A stretch of DNA of 46,660 bases, taken from positions 1 through 46,660 of the IMG/VR virus record IMGVR_UViG_3300005713_000001. One strand, written 5' to 3'. The notes beneath the pieces are model-generated. The model ran no database searches and had not been told where the DNA came from. It saw only the letters and a program-made list of their open reading frames with translations. Below are positions 16,802 to 26,157 of this stretch, in pieces. This DNA comes from a virus (Duplodnaviria > Caudoviricetes). Both the position numbers and the translations under genes were made by a program. Positions within the stretch are counted from its first letter, which is position 1. The number at the start of each line of letters is the position of its first letter.

Positions 16802-17701
16802 TCAACCGGCGAAGTCTTTGCCCTCGTCGGCGGTGTACTTGGACGGCTCGAATGACGTGTCACCCTCGGCCTCGACGTCGGCACCCTCGCGTGCCTCGGC
16901 TTGCGTCTCGACGCGGTCGAGGATCGGGATCACTTGCTCGCGTAGCGTCTTTGCGTTTTCGGCGAGTACGCGCACCTCCGCCGGCGGCAACACTGCACCG
17001 CGCACGAGCGTCGGGATTGCATAGTTGCCGTTGTCAGAAAGCACAGCGCCGAGTTCGACCGCAAACACGTGCAAGGGGTAGTTCAGGGCCTTGCCTCTGA
17101 TGATGCGACGGCCGATGTGATGCTTCTGCAAGTATGCCTTGAATACGGGTAAGCTCGTGCGCTTGAAACGCACGACAAACGGCGTCGTTGTGTCGCGGTC
17201 GACCGCAAACACGTTGTACACCGGGCCGCAATTGCGCACGCGCTTGCCCTCAGTGTCGCGACGCCACTCGAAATCAGGGCACCCCTTGCACGGTCGGATC
17301 GTGCCGTCGGCCATGGTACCCGTCACACGGTCGAAGCTACGGCACTTGATCTCGGATCGCTTCTCGGCGTCATTGTAGCGCGACCATAGGTGTGTCTTGT
17401 GCAAGTGCAGAAACGCCGCGTTGACCTTGGGTTTCGAGGTTTCGTCGACGGTGTTGTAGTACGCGTCGATCGGCAACGCGCGGCCGTCGGGCCCCTTGCC
17501 TTTCATGTTGAGCACGTACGCGGCGATCTTGAGGTCGTCGCGTTCGATCTGTGCGAGGCCCTCGTCGCCGAGCGCGTCGTCGGGTATGTCGAGCCCGGCG
17601 AGCTCGTCGTGTGTTGCAAGGGCGAGCTGCGTGCCCGTGCCATTGGTGCCGCTATCGGCTGCACCGCCTATCGTCGTCTGTGCTGCCTTTCCCTTGGACA
17701 T
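16802..17701 (-). CDS. Putative ssDNA-binding/annealing protein (Zn-binding)
   Basis: CRSFD..G..CKGCP..W..C..PFVVRFKRTS; acidic C-terminal tail; between nuclease and helicase. Confidence 0.6.
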   Translation of the reverse strand: MSKGKAAQTTIGGAADSGTNGTGTQLALATHDELAGLDIPDDALGDEGLAQIERDDLKIAAYVLNMKGKGPDGRALPIDAYYNTVDETSKPKVNAAFLHLHKTHLWSRYNDAEKRSEIKCRSFDRVTGTMADGTIRPCKGCPDFEWRRDTEGKRVRNCGPVYNVFAVDRDTTTPFVVRFKRTSLPVFKAYLQKHHIGRRIIRGKALNYPLHVFAVELGAVLSDNGNYAIPTLVRGAVLPPAEVRVLAENAKTLREQVIPILDRVETQAEAREGADVEAEGDTSFEPSKYTADEGKDFAG

Positions 17702-17727
17702 GTCGGATCACTTTCGTTGGTTTCGGT

Positions 17728-18951
17728 CTAGTCAATCGCAAGCTCGTCGGCCGAGCTGGCGTCGTCTGGGGTGAGCGCGCGCTCGAGGGCTTTGCGCTCG
17801 TCGCCGCGCACGGCGTAACCGCCGTTGAGGCAATCGCCGGCGTACGGGCACCGCGTGCAGCGGTCGCCGATCTGATCGATGAATCGGCCCATGCGGATCA
17901 TGCCGACGACGTTGCGCACGCGGTACTCGACGCGCGGGATATCGTGCTGACCGAGGCGCACCGAAAGCCACGCGGGCCCGCGCAAGGCGCCCGCTTCGAA
18001 CTTCACTGGCCCGGGTGCGGTACGCCCGTAGAACGCGAGATCCTCGGGCCGCTTGACCTCTTTTTTGCCCGCACGCTTGTACGGCACGTAGTCGGCAAGG
18101 TGCACGTGATAGATCTCGGCGGGGAATCGCTCGAGGCGTTGCAAGGGCACCTCGAACGTGCACGACTGCGAATCGTCCACGGCGCGCGCAAAGGCCGAAA
18201 GCACGAGCTCGGCGCACTCGCGCTCGGCGATGTAGCGCGACGGGTGCCCGGCGGCGTACGAGCCGCAACGCACCTCCCAACCCGGCACGCCGTCGACGCG
18301 CGAGCACGCCTCGAGCTGCGCGCGATCGAGGAACCACCCGTCATGCACCGCGACCGAGTAGATCCCGGCCTCCCATGAGTGATCGAGCTCGACTTGCGCG
18401 GGCCGCGTCGCGCCCGTTTTCCAGTCGGCGATCGCGATCGCGTCCGGATTGCGCCTCGGGCGGTACACGAGATCAACGTGACCCGACATCCAATACGCGC
18501 CGAGCTTGACGACAAACGCGGGCTCGACGAGCACCACCTCGGCGACGTAGCGGTGCAGGTTGCCGAGCAATCCGACGATCATGTCGACGCGATCGTCGAT
18601 CATCGTGTCGCCGTCTTTGTCGTACCACTCGACGCGACGGCCGCCGCACTCGCGCTCGAACTCTTGAAAGAACGCGCGGCGCACGGTGTCGCGGTGCGGC
18701 GCTTCGCCGGCGAGGATGCGCGGCCGCGCAGTGTCGGACGTCAACGCGCGGGCGATCGTCTCGTGTGCCGCCGTGCCGCACGCCGCGTCACCGCGCACGG
18801 GTCGCTCGAGATCGAGTGCCTCGGCCTCGGCCCGCGCATCCATTTGGTAGCGAAAGCGCGTCGGGCAACCGTAGTCGCCCGTAATGTCGTTGAGGTGCGA
18901 CTTGTGAATCGGGTCACTTGCTGACCCATAGCGACGAAAATCCCATGCCAT
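17728..18951 (-). CDS. PD-(D/E)xK exonuclease, Cas4/RecB-like with Fe-S cysteines
   Basis: CPTRF, GTAAHE, GHVDLV, DWKTG, C-terminal CTRCPYAGDC; GGAGG RBS. Confidence 0.85.
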   Translation of the reverse strand: MAWDFRRYGSASDPIHKSHLNDITGDYGCPTRFRYQMDARAEAEALDLERPVRGDAACGTAAHETIARALTSDTARPRILAGEAPHRDTVRRAFFQEFERECGGRRVEWYDKDGDTMIDDRVDMIVGLLGNLHRYVAEVVLVEPAFVVKLGAYWMSGHVDLVYRPRRNPDAIAIADWKTGATRPAQVELDHSWEAGIYSVAVHDGWFLDRAQLEACSRVDGVPGWEVRCGSYAAGHPSRYIAERECAELVLSAFARAVDDSQSCTFEVPLQRLERFPAEIYHVHLADYVPYKRAGKKEVKRPEDLAFYGRTAPGPVKFEAGALRGPAWLSVRLGQHDIPRVEYRVRNVVGMIRMGRFIDQIGDRCTRCPYAGDCLNGGYAVRGDERKALERALTPDDASSADELAID

Positions 18952-18987
18952 GCGCGGTAGCCTCCGCACTCGAACAGCACGAGCGCG

Positions 18988-19025
18988 CGATATACTCCGG
19001 CACCGTTTGACACGTCAAGGTGATA
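18988..19025 (-). promoter_or_regulatory. Leftward early promoter (TTGACG-N18-TATATC) overlapped by operator 19008-19025
   Basis: Sigma70-like hexamers upstream of the recombination operon; TGACAC-N6-GTGATA covers the -35. Confidence 0.6.
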
Positions 19026-19209
19026 TTGCTTTTTGCTGCACGTAGACCCGCATTTGTACTGCACACGGGATCATGCTGCTCGCGTGCAGTGCTCGCGTGT
19101 CACACAGGGGATACCTACGGGTGAGATCCTCTTACTGAAATCCGCGAAAAATTCGAGCTTGTGCAATTTGGCTAGTGATCAACAGCCCAAAGCGATCTTG
19201 AATCCGCGC

Positions 19210-19485
19210 ATGCAACCAGCTCGATTGCATACAGACACTGTCACGGCGATCACGGCCGTAGTCGCCGAGCATACGCGGCTAGCCTTACCGACGCGGCCGC
19301 ACGCGCTCGCAGCGTGCCTGTTTCACGACGGCGACGACGATTCGATTTTTGCACGGTCGAGGCCAGCGATTGCACGTGCGTGCGCCGAACGCGTGCTAGA
19401 GCACATCGCCGAGCACGTACCCGGGCACGACGTGCAAGCGGTTGACGTCGACGAGCTCGTCGCCGCGTTGTGCGTGCTCGAGTAG
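19210..19485 (+). CDS. Hypothetical protein convergent with the repressor
   Basis: MQPARLHTD...; start uncertain (track start 19033). Confidence 0.45.
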   Translation: MQPARLHTDTVTAITAVVAEHTRLALPTRPHALAACLFHDGDDDSIFARSRPAIARACAERVLEHIAEHVPGHDVQAVDVDELVAALCVLE

Positions 19486-20037
19486 CTAGCGCCCCTTGCG
19501 CGGCGGCACGAGGCTGGTTGCGGGTTTGCCACCCAACTCGACGGCCTCGGCGAGCGCTCGTAGTTTGCCCTGCCTCACACGGGTCATGTCCCACGTATCA
19601 AGGGCCAGCTCGCGCGCCTTGGCTATCGCCTTGGGCCGACCCACACCGGTGCGCCGTTCGGTGCGGTATGAAGCTACAAACGCCGGCGCGAGGGCCTCGC
19701 GTATCTCGCGCGTGAGCTCGTCAAGGGCCGCGCGCTCGTCGACACTCATGTCGTCGTCGACCGCCGGCGCGGGCGCCTCGTGCCCGTTGCGACCGTACAA
19801 GAGTTGGTGCACCGAGAAGCCGACAAGTGGCGCGACGAGCTCGAGGCTTTCGAGACTCGGCGTTGACTCGCCGCTATCCCACCGATCAACGACTTGATAC
19901 TTTTTGCCGATTTTTCGTGCGAATTCCGCGCGCGTCCAACCGCGTGCGAGGTACGCCGCGTGCAGCCGCCGGTTGACCGTGTGCTCGCTCAACGGGTCGT
20001 CGGCATTCGGGTCCGGGCGTGTCTTAGGCCGCGCCAT
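19486..20037 (-). CDS. cI: CI-like XRE-family repressor
   Basis: RGWTRAEFARKIGKKYQVVDRWDSGESTPSLESL HTH; divergent from the cro-like gene; no S24 peptidase domain. Confidence 0.8.
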   Translation of the reverse strand: MARPKTRPDPNADDPLSEHTVNRRLHAAYLARGWTRAEFARKIGKKYQVVDRWDSGESTPSLESLELVAPLVGFSVHQLLYGRNGHEAPAPAVDDDMSVDERAALDELTREIREALAPAFVASYRTERRTGVGRPKAIAKARELALDTWDMTRVRQGKLRALAEAVELGGKPATSLVPPRKGR

Positions 20038-20212
20038 TCGGATGAGTACGTAAACTCATCTATCACGCGCACGCAATAGAACACGACAAGTGCGTAGGCG
20101 ATTGCTGTGGATAAACACCACTTATCCACAGTTTTCCCACCAACGCGCCTACTCGCAAATCTCCATTTATCCCTTTGACGTGCTATTCGCGGTAGCGATA
20201 TAACACGCGGCC
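20038..20212. promoter_or_regulatory. Lysis/lysogeny switch region: palindrome 20041-20060, operator 20061-20078, inverted DnaA boxes 20106-20130, promoter TTGACG(20175)-N18-TATAAC(20199)
   Basis: AT-richer gap between divergent HTH genes; motifs read directly from the sequence. Confidence 0.75.
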
Positions 20213-20527
20213 ATGCGATTGGACAAATGGATCGAGGCCGACCTCAAGGCCAACGGGCGAGGCGCTTTGATGCGCCTCAAGAAAAAAACCGGCGTCGCGT
20301 ACCAAACGATCCATGAGATCTACGCGGGCAAGCGCGCGGCGTCGTACGCGACCGCCAAGGCGATCGAGGATGCCACCGACGGCGAAGTCACGATCGCCGA
20401 GCTGTGTGCGCCGCCGCAGCTAAAAGCTGCAACCAAGCCCAAGCGCGCGCGCACGACGCGCCGGCGCACGGCAACGCGTACTCGCGCGCGCACACGTACC
20501 TCGCGGTCGAAGAAAGCCGCCGCGTAA
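20213..20527 (+). CDS. cro: Cro-like HTH regulator with a basic C-terminal tail
   Basis: LKKKTGVAYQTIHEIYAGKR..TAKAIEDATDGEVTIAEL (Cro/YdaS-like). Confidence 0.8.
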   Translation: MRLDKWIEADLKANGRGALMRLKKKTGVAYQTIHEIYAGKRAASYATAKAIEDATDGEVTIAELCAPPQLKAATKPKRARTTRRRTATRTRARTRTSRSKKAAA

Positions 20528-20904
20528 TGTCGGCGGCCCGTCGGGTCGTCATCGAATCGCCCTTGCGCGGCGAGGTTGAGCGCAACGTGTTGTACGCCGA
20601 CGCATGCATGCTCGATTCGCTACGGCGCGGTGAGGCGCCTTTCCTCGGCCATCTCTTGTATCCGCGCGTGCTCGACGACGCGCGCGAGGCCGACCGCGAG
20701 GCGGGCATCGCTGCACACGTCGCGTGGATTCGCGGCGGCGAGCTCGTCGCGGTGTACACCGATCTCGGTGTCACCGAGGGCATGCGCAAGGCCGTTGCGC
20801 TCGCGTTCTCACTGCGCATGCCGGTCGAATACCGCGAGCTCGGTCCCGATTGGCTCGCGCACGTGCAAGCCAACGCACACGCGACCGCCGGCTTTTTCAA
20901 CTGA
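20527..20904 (+). CDS. Nucleoside deoxyribosyltransferase-fold (DUF4406-like) protein
   Basis: VVIESPLRG..N..YA..RGEAP..HLLYP..LDD..R..GI..VYTDLGVTEGM. Confidence 0.75.
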   Translation: MSAARRVVIESPLRGEVERNVLYADACMLDSLRRGEAPFLGHLLYPRVLDDAREADREAGIAAHVAWIRGGELVAVYTDLGVTEGMRKAVALAFSLRMPVEYRELGPDWLAHVQANAHATAGFFN

Positions 20905-20954
20905 TCGATCACCGCGGCGGTCGGCCCGTCGCCCCTGCAAAGCAAGGTCCGACA

Positions 20955-21578
20955 ATGGCAAAGGGAAACGGTGCAGTACCAAGCGACGACGGGATTGCGA
21001 TCGAGCGTGAGTTGCCCTGCAAGCTCACCGACGACGAACTACGCATGCGCGGCGATGCGATGGCCGAGGCCGAGCTCGAGGTCGACAAGCTCAAAGCCGA
21101 GCGGCGTGCGCTCAACAAAAAAATCTTCGCCCGCACCGACGAGCGCAACAAGCTTGCGCACGTGATCGACGCCGAGGAGGAAGTACGGCCCGTGATCTGC
21201 AAGTGGATCGCCGACCTCGATCACAACGCGTGGAACCTGATCCGCCAAGACACGGGCGACCGCGTCGAGCAACGCGCGATGACAGCTGCGGATCGCCAAG
21301 GCGTGTTGCCGCTCGGGCCGAGTGATCCGGGCGATCCCGACGGCGACGCCGCCGGTCAAGGTGCGCTCACGATCGACGACGACGAGCTCGACGGTGACGA
21401 CGACGACGGCGACGACGACACGGCCGATCCCGAGTTGCCCGACGTCGACCTCGACGGGCCCGACGACGAGCTACCCGCACAACCGAAACCGCGTAAACGC
21501 AAGGCCGCCGGCAAGGCCAAAGCCAAGGGCGGCGGCAGCAAGGGTAAGTCGAAAGCGAAGCGCAAGGCACACGCGTAA
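20955..21578 (+). CDS. Conserved phage coiled-coil protein with acidic and Lys-rich tail
   Basis: LPCKLTDDEL...IRQDTGDRVEQRAMTAADRQ. Confidence 0.7.
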   Translation: MAKGNGAVPSDDGIAIERELPCKLTDDELRMRGDAMAEAELEVDKLKAERRALNKKIFARTDERNKLAHVIDAEEEVRPVICKWIADLDHNAWNLIRQDTGDRVEQRAMTAADRQGVLPLGPSDPGDPDGDAAGQGALTIDDDELDGDDDDGDDDTADPELPDVDLDGPDDELPAQPKPRKRKAAGKAKAKGGGSKGKSKAKRKAHA

Positions 21579-21590
21579 GGGGGCTTGCGC

Positions 21591-24119
21591 ATGGCCGAGG
21601 ATCCACACGACGGCGACACCGAGGCCGGCGGCGCGGCGACGCGTCACTTGCGCCTCGTGTCGTTCGGTGACAAGCGCACGCTCACGGCCGAGCACGTCGA
21701 TCAACTGCACGCGTCGGGGCTCACCGACGAAACGATCGAACTCGCGGGCTTGTACACCGAGACACGTGCCAAGGCGATCGCCGAGCTCTTGCGCCGGCGG
21801 TCGTTTCCAAGGCACCACGGCGCGGGGCTCGTAATCCCTGTCGTGCTACCGGGTGCCGATAAGCCGCACGAGTACCGTGTGCGGCCGAACCACCCGCGCA
21901 CGAACAAGAAAGGTAAACCGATCCGGTACGAGCAAGCCGGCGGCGCCGAGCTCGTGCTTGTGTACTTCCCGCCGCGCGCGCGTCGGGCTGGTTGGTATGC
22001 CGACACCGCGCGGCCGCTGCTTTGGACCGAGGGCGAGAAAAAAGCGCTCGCGCTCGATCAGCTCGAGCTCACCACGATCGGCCTCACGGGCGTTTGGAAT
22101 TGGCTCGACGTCGGGCACCGCGATCAAACCGGCGAGTGGCGCTTGCACCCGCACATACGCGAGCACGTCACGGTCGCGGGCCGCCGACACGTGATCGTGT
22201 TCGACGCCGACGCCCGCACCAACGATCAGGTCATGCACGCGGCGCAACGACTCGTCGGCGTGCTCACGGCCGCCGGCGCGGCCGAGGTGCTTTTCGTCGT
22301 ACCGCCGACACGCGAGCAAAAGGGGATCGACGACTACCTCGCCGCGTTTGGCGAGGGCCCGACGCGCGCATTGCTCGAGACGGCAACCAAGCTCGAGGGC
22401 CTCGACCCGTCGTCGCCGTTCACGCTCGCGCGCAACGTGCGCGCGCTGCAAGGCGCACCGATCGCCGAGGGTATGCGCTTGCCCGAGGGCTACGAGATCC
22501 GGCGCGACGGCGCACTATGGAAGCTCGCCGCCGACGCGAAACACGGCGACGTCAAGATCGCTTCGCGCCCGATCCTGATCGTGCGGCACCTCGCCGACTA
22601 CTACTCGGGCGAGGCGCGGGTCGAGATTTGCTACGAGCGTGACGACGCATGGGCAACGCTACTGTGCAACCGCAAGGCTCTGATCGACTCGCGCACCATG
22701 GTCGCCGAGCTCGGCATGTACGGCGCGCCCGTCACCTCGAACAGTGCGCCCAAGATCGTCGATTGGCTCGAGGATCTCGAGCGCGTCAACCCGGCCCTCG
22801 ACCGCGTCTACTGCATTGGCAAAACGGGTTGGCACACGATCCAAGGCGAGCGCGCATTCGTGCTCGACCGCCCGCGCTTCGCCGACGACCGCGAGCGCGC
22901 CGTCGTGCTCGACACGCGTGGCGATCGCAAGAAACTCTTCACGGCGCTCACGGCGCGCGGCGACTCGCTCGCCAAGCACATCGAATGGTTGCAGCGCGCA
23001 TGGTCGACCGAGCCCGTGTGCGCCGCGATGATTTGCGGCGCGCTCGCGGCGACGTTGCTCGAGCCGCTCGACGTGCCGAATTTCGCGATCCACCTACCGG
23101 GCGACTCGTCGCGCGGCAAAACGTCGCAGCTCAAGATCGCCGCGAGCGTATTCGGCGATCCGAATAGCGAGGCGTGGCTTGGGAGCTGGAACACGACGGC
23201 AACCGCCGCCGAGCTGCGCGCGCAACAACTGAACGACTTGCCACAGTGCTACGACGAGGTGGGCACCTCCGATCCCGTCGGCCTCGAGCGCATGTTGTAC
23301 TCGCTCGTGAACGGCGGCGGCCGCGCTCGAGGCAAGGCTGATCTCTCACTACGCGAAACGCCGACGTGGCGCACCGTCGTGCTATCGACCGGCGAGCGGC
23401 CGCTTGCGGATCACAACACCATGACGGGTGCGCAAGTGCGGGTGATCCAGTTGCCCGTTTCTGGTTTCGGTGGGCTGTCAGCCGCCGAGATCGACGAGAT
23501 CCGCGAGGCGTGTATTGCGCACTCGGGCATGTTCGGTCGAGCGTGGATCGAGCACCTACTCGAGATCGACGATTGGTCGCCGTTCCGAGCGTCGCACAAA
23601 GCGATTACGAAAAAGCTACGCGAGGCCGCGCCCGATCCACTGCAAGGCCGCGTTGCGGGGTACTTCGCTACCCTCGTGACGGCCGAGATCATTGCGCACA
23701 AGCTCGGCCTCGGGCTCGCCGGCGGCGCGACCATGCACGGGCTCTATCTGCGCAAAGAGGCGCGAGAGATCGTGCTGCCGCTCGCCGAGCGCGCGCTCGA
23801 CCTCGTGCGCGATTGGGCCATGTCCGAGCCCGATGCATTCCCGCTACTTGAAACGGGCTCGGACGGCGGCGAGAAAGTCAAGCGACATGGCGCCCGCGTG
23901 CACGGTTTCCGCCGCGGCGACTACCAGTTGCTATTTATCCCGGCCTCGCTTAGACAATTTCTCGATCAACACCGCTTGTCGCCCAACGAAGTGTTGCGCG
24001 GGTGGCGTGAGCGGGGTTGGTTAGACGCCGACTCGGGCCATTACGACACGAAAGTGCGTATCGCCGAGCTCGGTCGCCCGCGGCTAGTCGTACTGACTAC
24101 CAGTGAGGCGGCCCCGTGA
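21591..24119 (+). CDS. Primase-helicase (DUF3854 TOPRIM plus DUF927 helicase)
   Basis: TEGEKKA, GLTGVWNW, FDAD, KGIDDY; KTGWH, GDSSRGKTS Walker A, YDE, VLSTGE. Confidence 0.9.
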   Translation: MAEDPHDGDTEAGGAATRHLRLVSFGDKRTLTAEHVDQLHASGLTDETIELAGLYTETRAKAIAELLRRRSFPRHHGAGLVIPVVLPGADKPHEYRVRPNHPRTNKKGKPIRYEQAGGAELVLVYFPPRARRAGWYADTARPLLWTEGEKKALALDQLELTTIGLTGVWNWLDVGHRDQTGEWRLHPHIREHVTVAGRRHVIVFDADARTNDQVMHAAQRLVGVLTAAGAAEVLFVVPPTREQKGIDDYLAAFGEGPTRALLETATKLEGLDPSSPFTLARNVRALQGAPIAEGMRLPEGYEIRRDGALWKLAADAKHGDVKIASRPILIVRHLADYYSGEARVEICYERDDAWATLLCNRKALIDSRTMVAELGMYGAPVTSNSAPKIVDWLEDLERVNPALDRVYCIGKTGWHTIQGERAFVLDRPRFADDRERAVVLDTRGDRKKLFTALTARGDSLAKHIEWLQRAWSTEPVCAAMICGALAATLLEPLDVPNFAIHLPGDSSRGKTSQLKIAASVFGDPNSEAWLGSWNTTATAAELRAQQLNDLPQCYDEVGTSDPVGLERMLYSLVNGGGRARGKADLSLRETPTWRTVVLSTGERPLADHNTMTGAQVRVIQLPVSGFGGLSAAEIDEIREACIAHSGMFGRAWIEHLLEIDDWSPFRASHKAITKKLREAAPDPLQGRVAGYFATLVTAEIIAHKLGLGLAGGATMHGLYLRKEAREIVLPLAERALDLVRDWAMSEPDAFPLLETGSDGGEKVKRHGARVHGFRRGDYQLLFIPASLRQFLDQHRLSPNEVLRGWRERGWLDADSGHYDTKVRIAELGRPRLVVLTTSEAAP

Positions 24120-24394
24120 GAGGCGGGGCCAGCAAAAACAAGCGGGGCCGGAAAACGCGAGTGATATCGCCGGCCGCCCCGCCGGCCCCGCGAGGCCCCG
24201 CCGAAAACAGGAGGGCCTTAAGGAGAATTCATCTCTTTCTCACCGTGAGGCGATCGCGATCGTCTCACAAAGAGAGTTTTCCTCTTAAGCCCTTATCTAA
24301 ATCGCGGGGCCATGCGGGGCCAGCGGGGCTCGCCTTTCATATCCAACACTTACAGATCTGGCACGCGGGGCCACCCGCGGGGCCATGCGGGGCC
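24110..24394. repeat. Putative replication origin: about 11 GCGGGGCC iterons around an AT-richer hairpin
   Basis: Forward copies at 24123, 24142, 24304, 24314, 24323 (variant), 24365, 24377, 24387; reverse copies at 24110 (variant), 24184, 24194; directly after the primase. Confidence 0.75.
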
Positions 24395-24396
24395 AC

Positions 24397-24975
24397 ATGA
24401 CTAAATCTAAGCGTAGTCATAGTCAGTACACATTTTCAGAATTCGACCCGAGCGTTGGGGAGAAATCCGAAACCCAACACATAGGAGCGAGCGAGCCCGT
24501 AAAACCCTCGTCGCCGCCCGCTCACGCCGACGAGCCGCTCGCCGTGCGTGAGGTGTTGGGTTTATGCCCTCGCCTGCTCGCGGGCCTCCCGTTGCCTTGC
24601 AGCCTGCTTTGCGCGCGTGCCGACGGCGCACACGTTGTGATCACGTCGTCGTCGGCCGTGTACGCGACGGCCTCGCGTAGCTGGCCAACGTTCACGGCCG
24701 CCGAGCTCGCGGCGATGGCACTCGCCGCCGAGCACGAGCGGGCGTCGCCGGCGGCGTTTGACACTTGGTGCGCCCGCAAGGCCGACGCGGGCTCGTCGTG
24801 GCGCTTGACGTCCGATGTGGCCATCGGTGCGGTTGCGGGCCGGTTCGAGCCGCGCGGCTACACGATCGATCGAGTGCTACGGGCGTACGGCCTCGAGCTG
24901 CGCGCGGTCGGCCTCGACACCGAGTTGCCGCTACCGGCGACGTTTGCCGACGAGGTGTCACATGCCGCCGAGTGA
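24397..24975 (+). CDS. Hypothetical protein
   Basis: About 190 aa ORF following the iteron region; start uncertain. Confidence 0.6.
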   Translation: MTKSKRSHSQYTFSEFDPSVGEKSETQHIGASEPVKPSSPPAHADEPLAVREVLGLCPRLLAGLPLPCSLLCARADGAHVVITSSSAVYATASRSWPTFTAAELAAMALAAEHERASPAAFDTWCARKADAGSSWRLTSDVAIGAVAGRFEPRGYTIDRVLRAYGLELRAVGLDTELPLPATFADEVSHAAE

Positions 24976-25051
24976 TCGAGCCGTCGTGCTGTTCGTGCTC
25001 GTGTGCGTACTCGCGCTCGCCGTGAGCGCGCTCGTGCGAGGGCACGCATGA
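24962..25051 (+). CDS. 29-aa membrane peptide MPPSDRAVVLFVLVCVLALAVSALVRGHA
   Basis: GAGGTG RBS; ATGA-coupled to the methyltransferase. Confidence 0.55.
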   Translation: MPPSDRAVVLFVLVCVLALAVSALVRGHA

Positions 25052-25788
25052 GCTCGTCGATCGAGCTGCGGTGCGGTGACTGGCGCGAGGCCCTCGCCGA
25101 CGTTGGCGAGGTAGACGCGCTTATCACGGATCCGCCATACAGTGAGAGTACGCACGCCGGGCAAGCCGATTGCCGCGACGAGCTCGCGTACAAGCCTTGG
25201 ACGCCCGACGACGTACACGCATTCGTCGAGCATTGGGCGCCTCGCACGCGCGGGTGGTTCGTGGCCCTCACCGACGAGGATCTCGTGCCGCATTGGAAAG
25301 CGGCGTATTTGCGCGCTAAGCCCAAGCGCACGCCGTTTGCGTCGATCCCGATTATTCAACACGCACCGCGGTTGCAAGGCGATGGCCCGGGCACGTGCGC
25401 GATCTACGCCGTCGTCTCGCGCCCCTCGACCCGTGAGTGGATGCGTTGGCGTAGCTTGCCCGGTTGGTACAAGTCGCACCGCGAGCGCGACGGGATCGTG
25501 CTCGGCGCCAAGCCTCTCGAGCTTATGCGTATGCTCGTGCGCGACTACTCGCGATTGGGGCGTGACGTCGTCGTGTGCGACCCGTGCGCCGGCGGCGCGA
25601 CGACGCTACTAGCCGCGGCGATTGAGGGCCGACGCGCCATCGGCGCCGAGCGCGATCCGGTCACACATGCCAAGGCCCTTGCGCGCATCGCACGCGGGTA
25701 CACGCCAACCTTGTTTGACACAACGCCGCGTGCAGCGGCGGAGCAAGCCGACCTGTTTGCAGCCAATGGCGGCGGAGAGGATATCTAA
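25048..25788 (+). CDS. DNA methyltransferase (N6-adenine/N4-cytosine, beta class), orphan
   Basis: TDPPY catalytic motif N-terminal; KPLELM; DPCAGGATT SAM-binding motif. Confidence 0.88.
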   Translation: MSSSIELRCGDWREALADVGEVDALITDPPYSESTHAGQADCRDELAYKPWTPDDVHAFVEHWAPRTRGWFVALTDEDLVPHWKAAYLRAKPKRTPFASIPIIQHAPRLQGDGPGTCAIYAVVSRPSTREWMRWRSLPGWYKSHRERDGIVLGAKPLELMRMLVRDYSRLGRDVVVCDPCAGGATTLLAAAIEGRRAIGAERDPVTHAKALARIARGYTPTLFDTTPRAAAEQADLFAANGGGEDI

Positions 25789-25791
25789 CAC

Positions 25792-26157
25792 ATGATCGAG
25801 ATAAACCTAGCTATCACTGGCCAAGAAATGGTGTTGCACGTGCAACACTGCTCTAAGTGCAAACGCACCCACACGCGCCGCCACCAACGGTATTGCCATG
25901 CGTGCCACGCCGCCGCGAATCGTCGGCACCGCGCTCGGGCCGCCGCCGTCGTCGACGAGCTCGTGCGGGTGACGGGTGGTAAGGCGAGCGGTGCACCTCG
26001 GACGCGCCGTGTTGCCGAGCGGGTGCGTAAGCTCGACGCGCTTGCGGCGGCCGCCTCGGGCATTGCCCGGTCGAGCGCGCACCGCGCGAGGCAAGCGACA
26101 AGCCTCGTGGTTGGCGTCGCCGTGGCACTTGGCGCCGAGCGGGAGGCCGTGCCGTGA
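25792..26157 (+). CDS. Zn-finger hypothetical protein
   Basis: CSKC...YCHACH. Confidence 0.55.
   Translation: MIEINLAITGQEMVLHVQHCSKCKRTHTRRHQRYCHACHAAANRRHRARAAAVVDELVRVTGGKASGAPRTRRVAERVRKLDALAAAASGIARSSAHRARQATSLVVGVAVALGAEREAVP

Noticed and set aside
17728-18951. Cas4 as part of a CRISPR-Cas system
   Set aside because: Stand-alone PD-(D/E)xK nuclease in a recombination operon; no cas1/cas2 or array
19210-19485. ImmA/IrrE metalloprotease anti-repressor
   Set aside because: The position next to cI is suggestive, but no HExxH motif is present
24110-24394. CRISPR array
   Set aside because: Repeats are 8 bp, irregularly spaced and in both orientations; no cas operon
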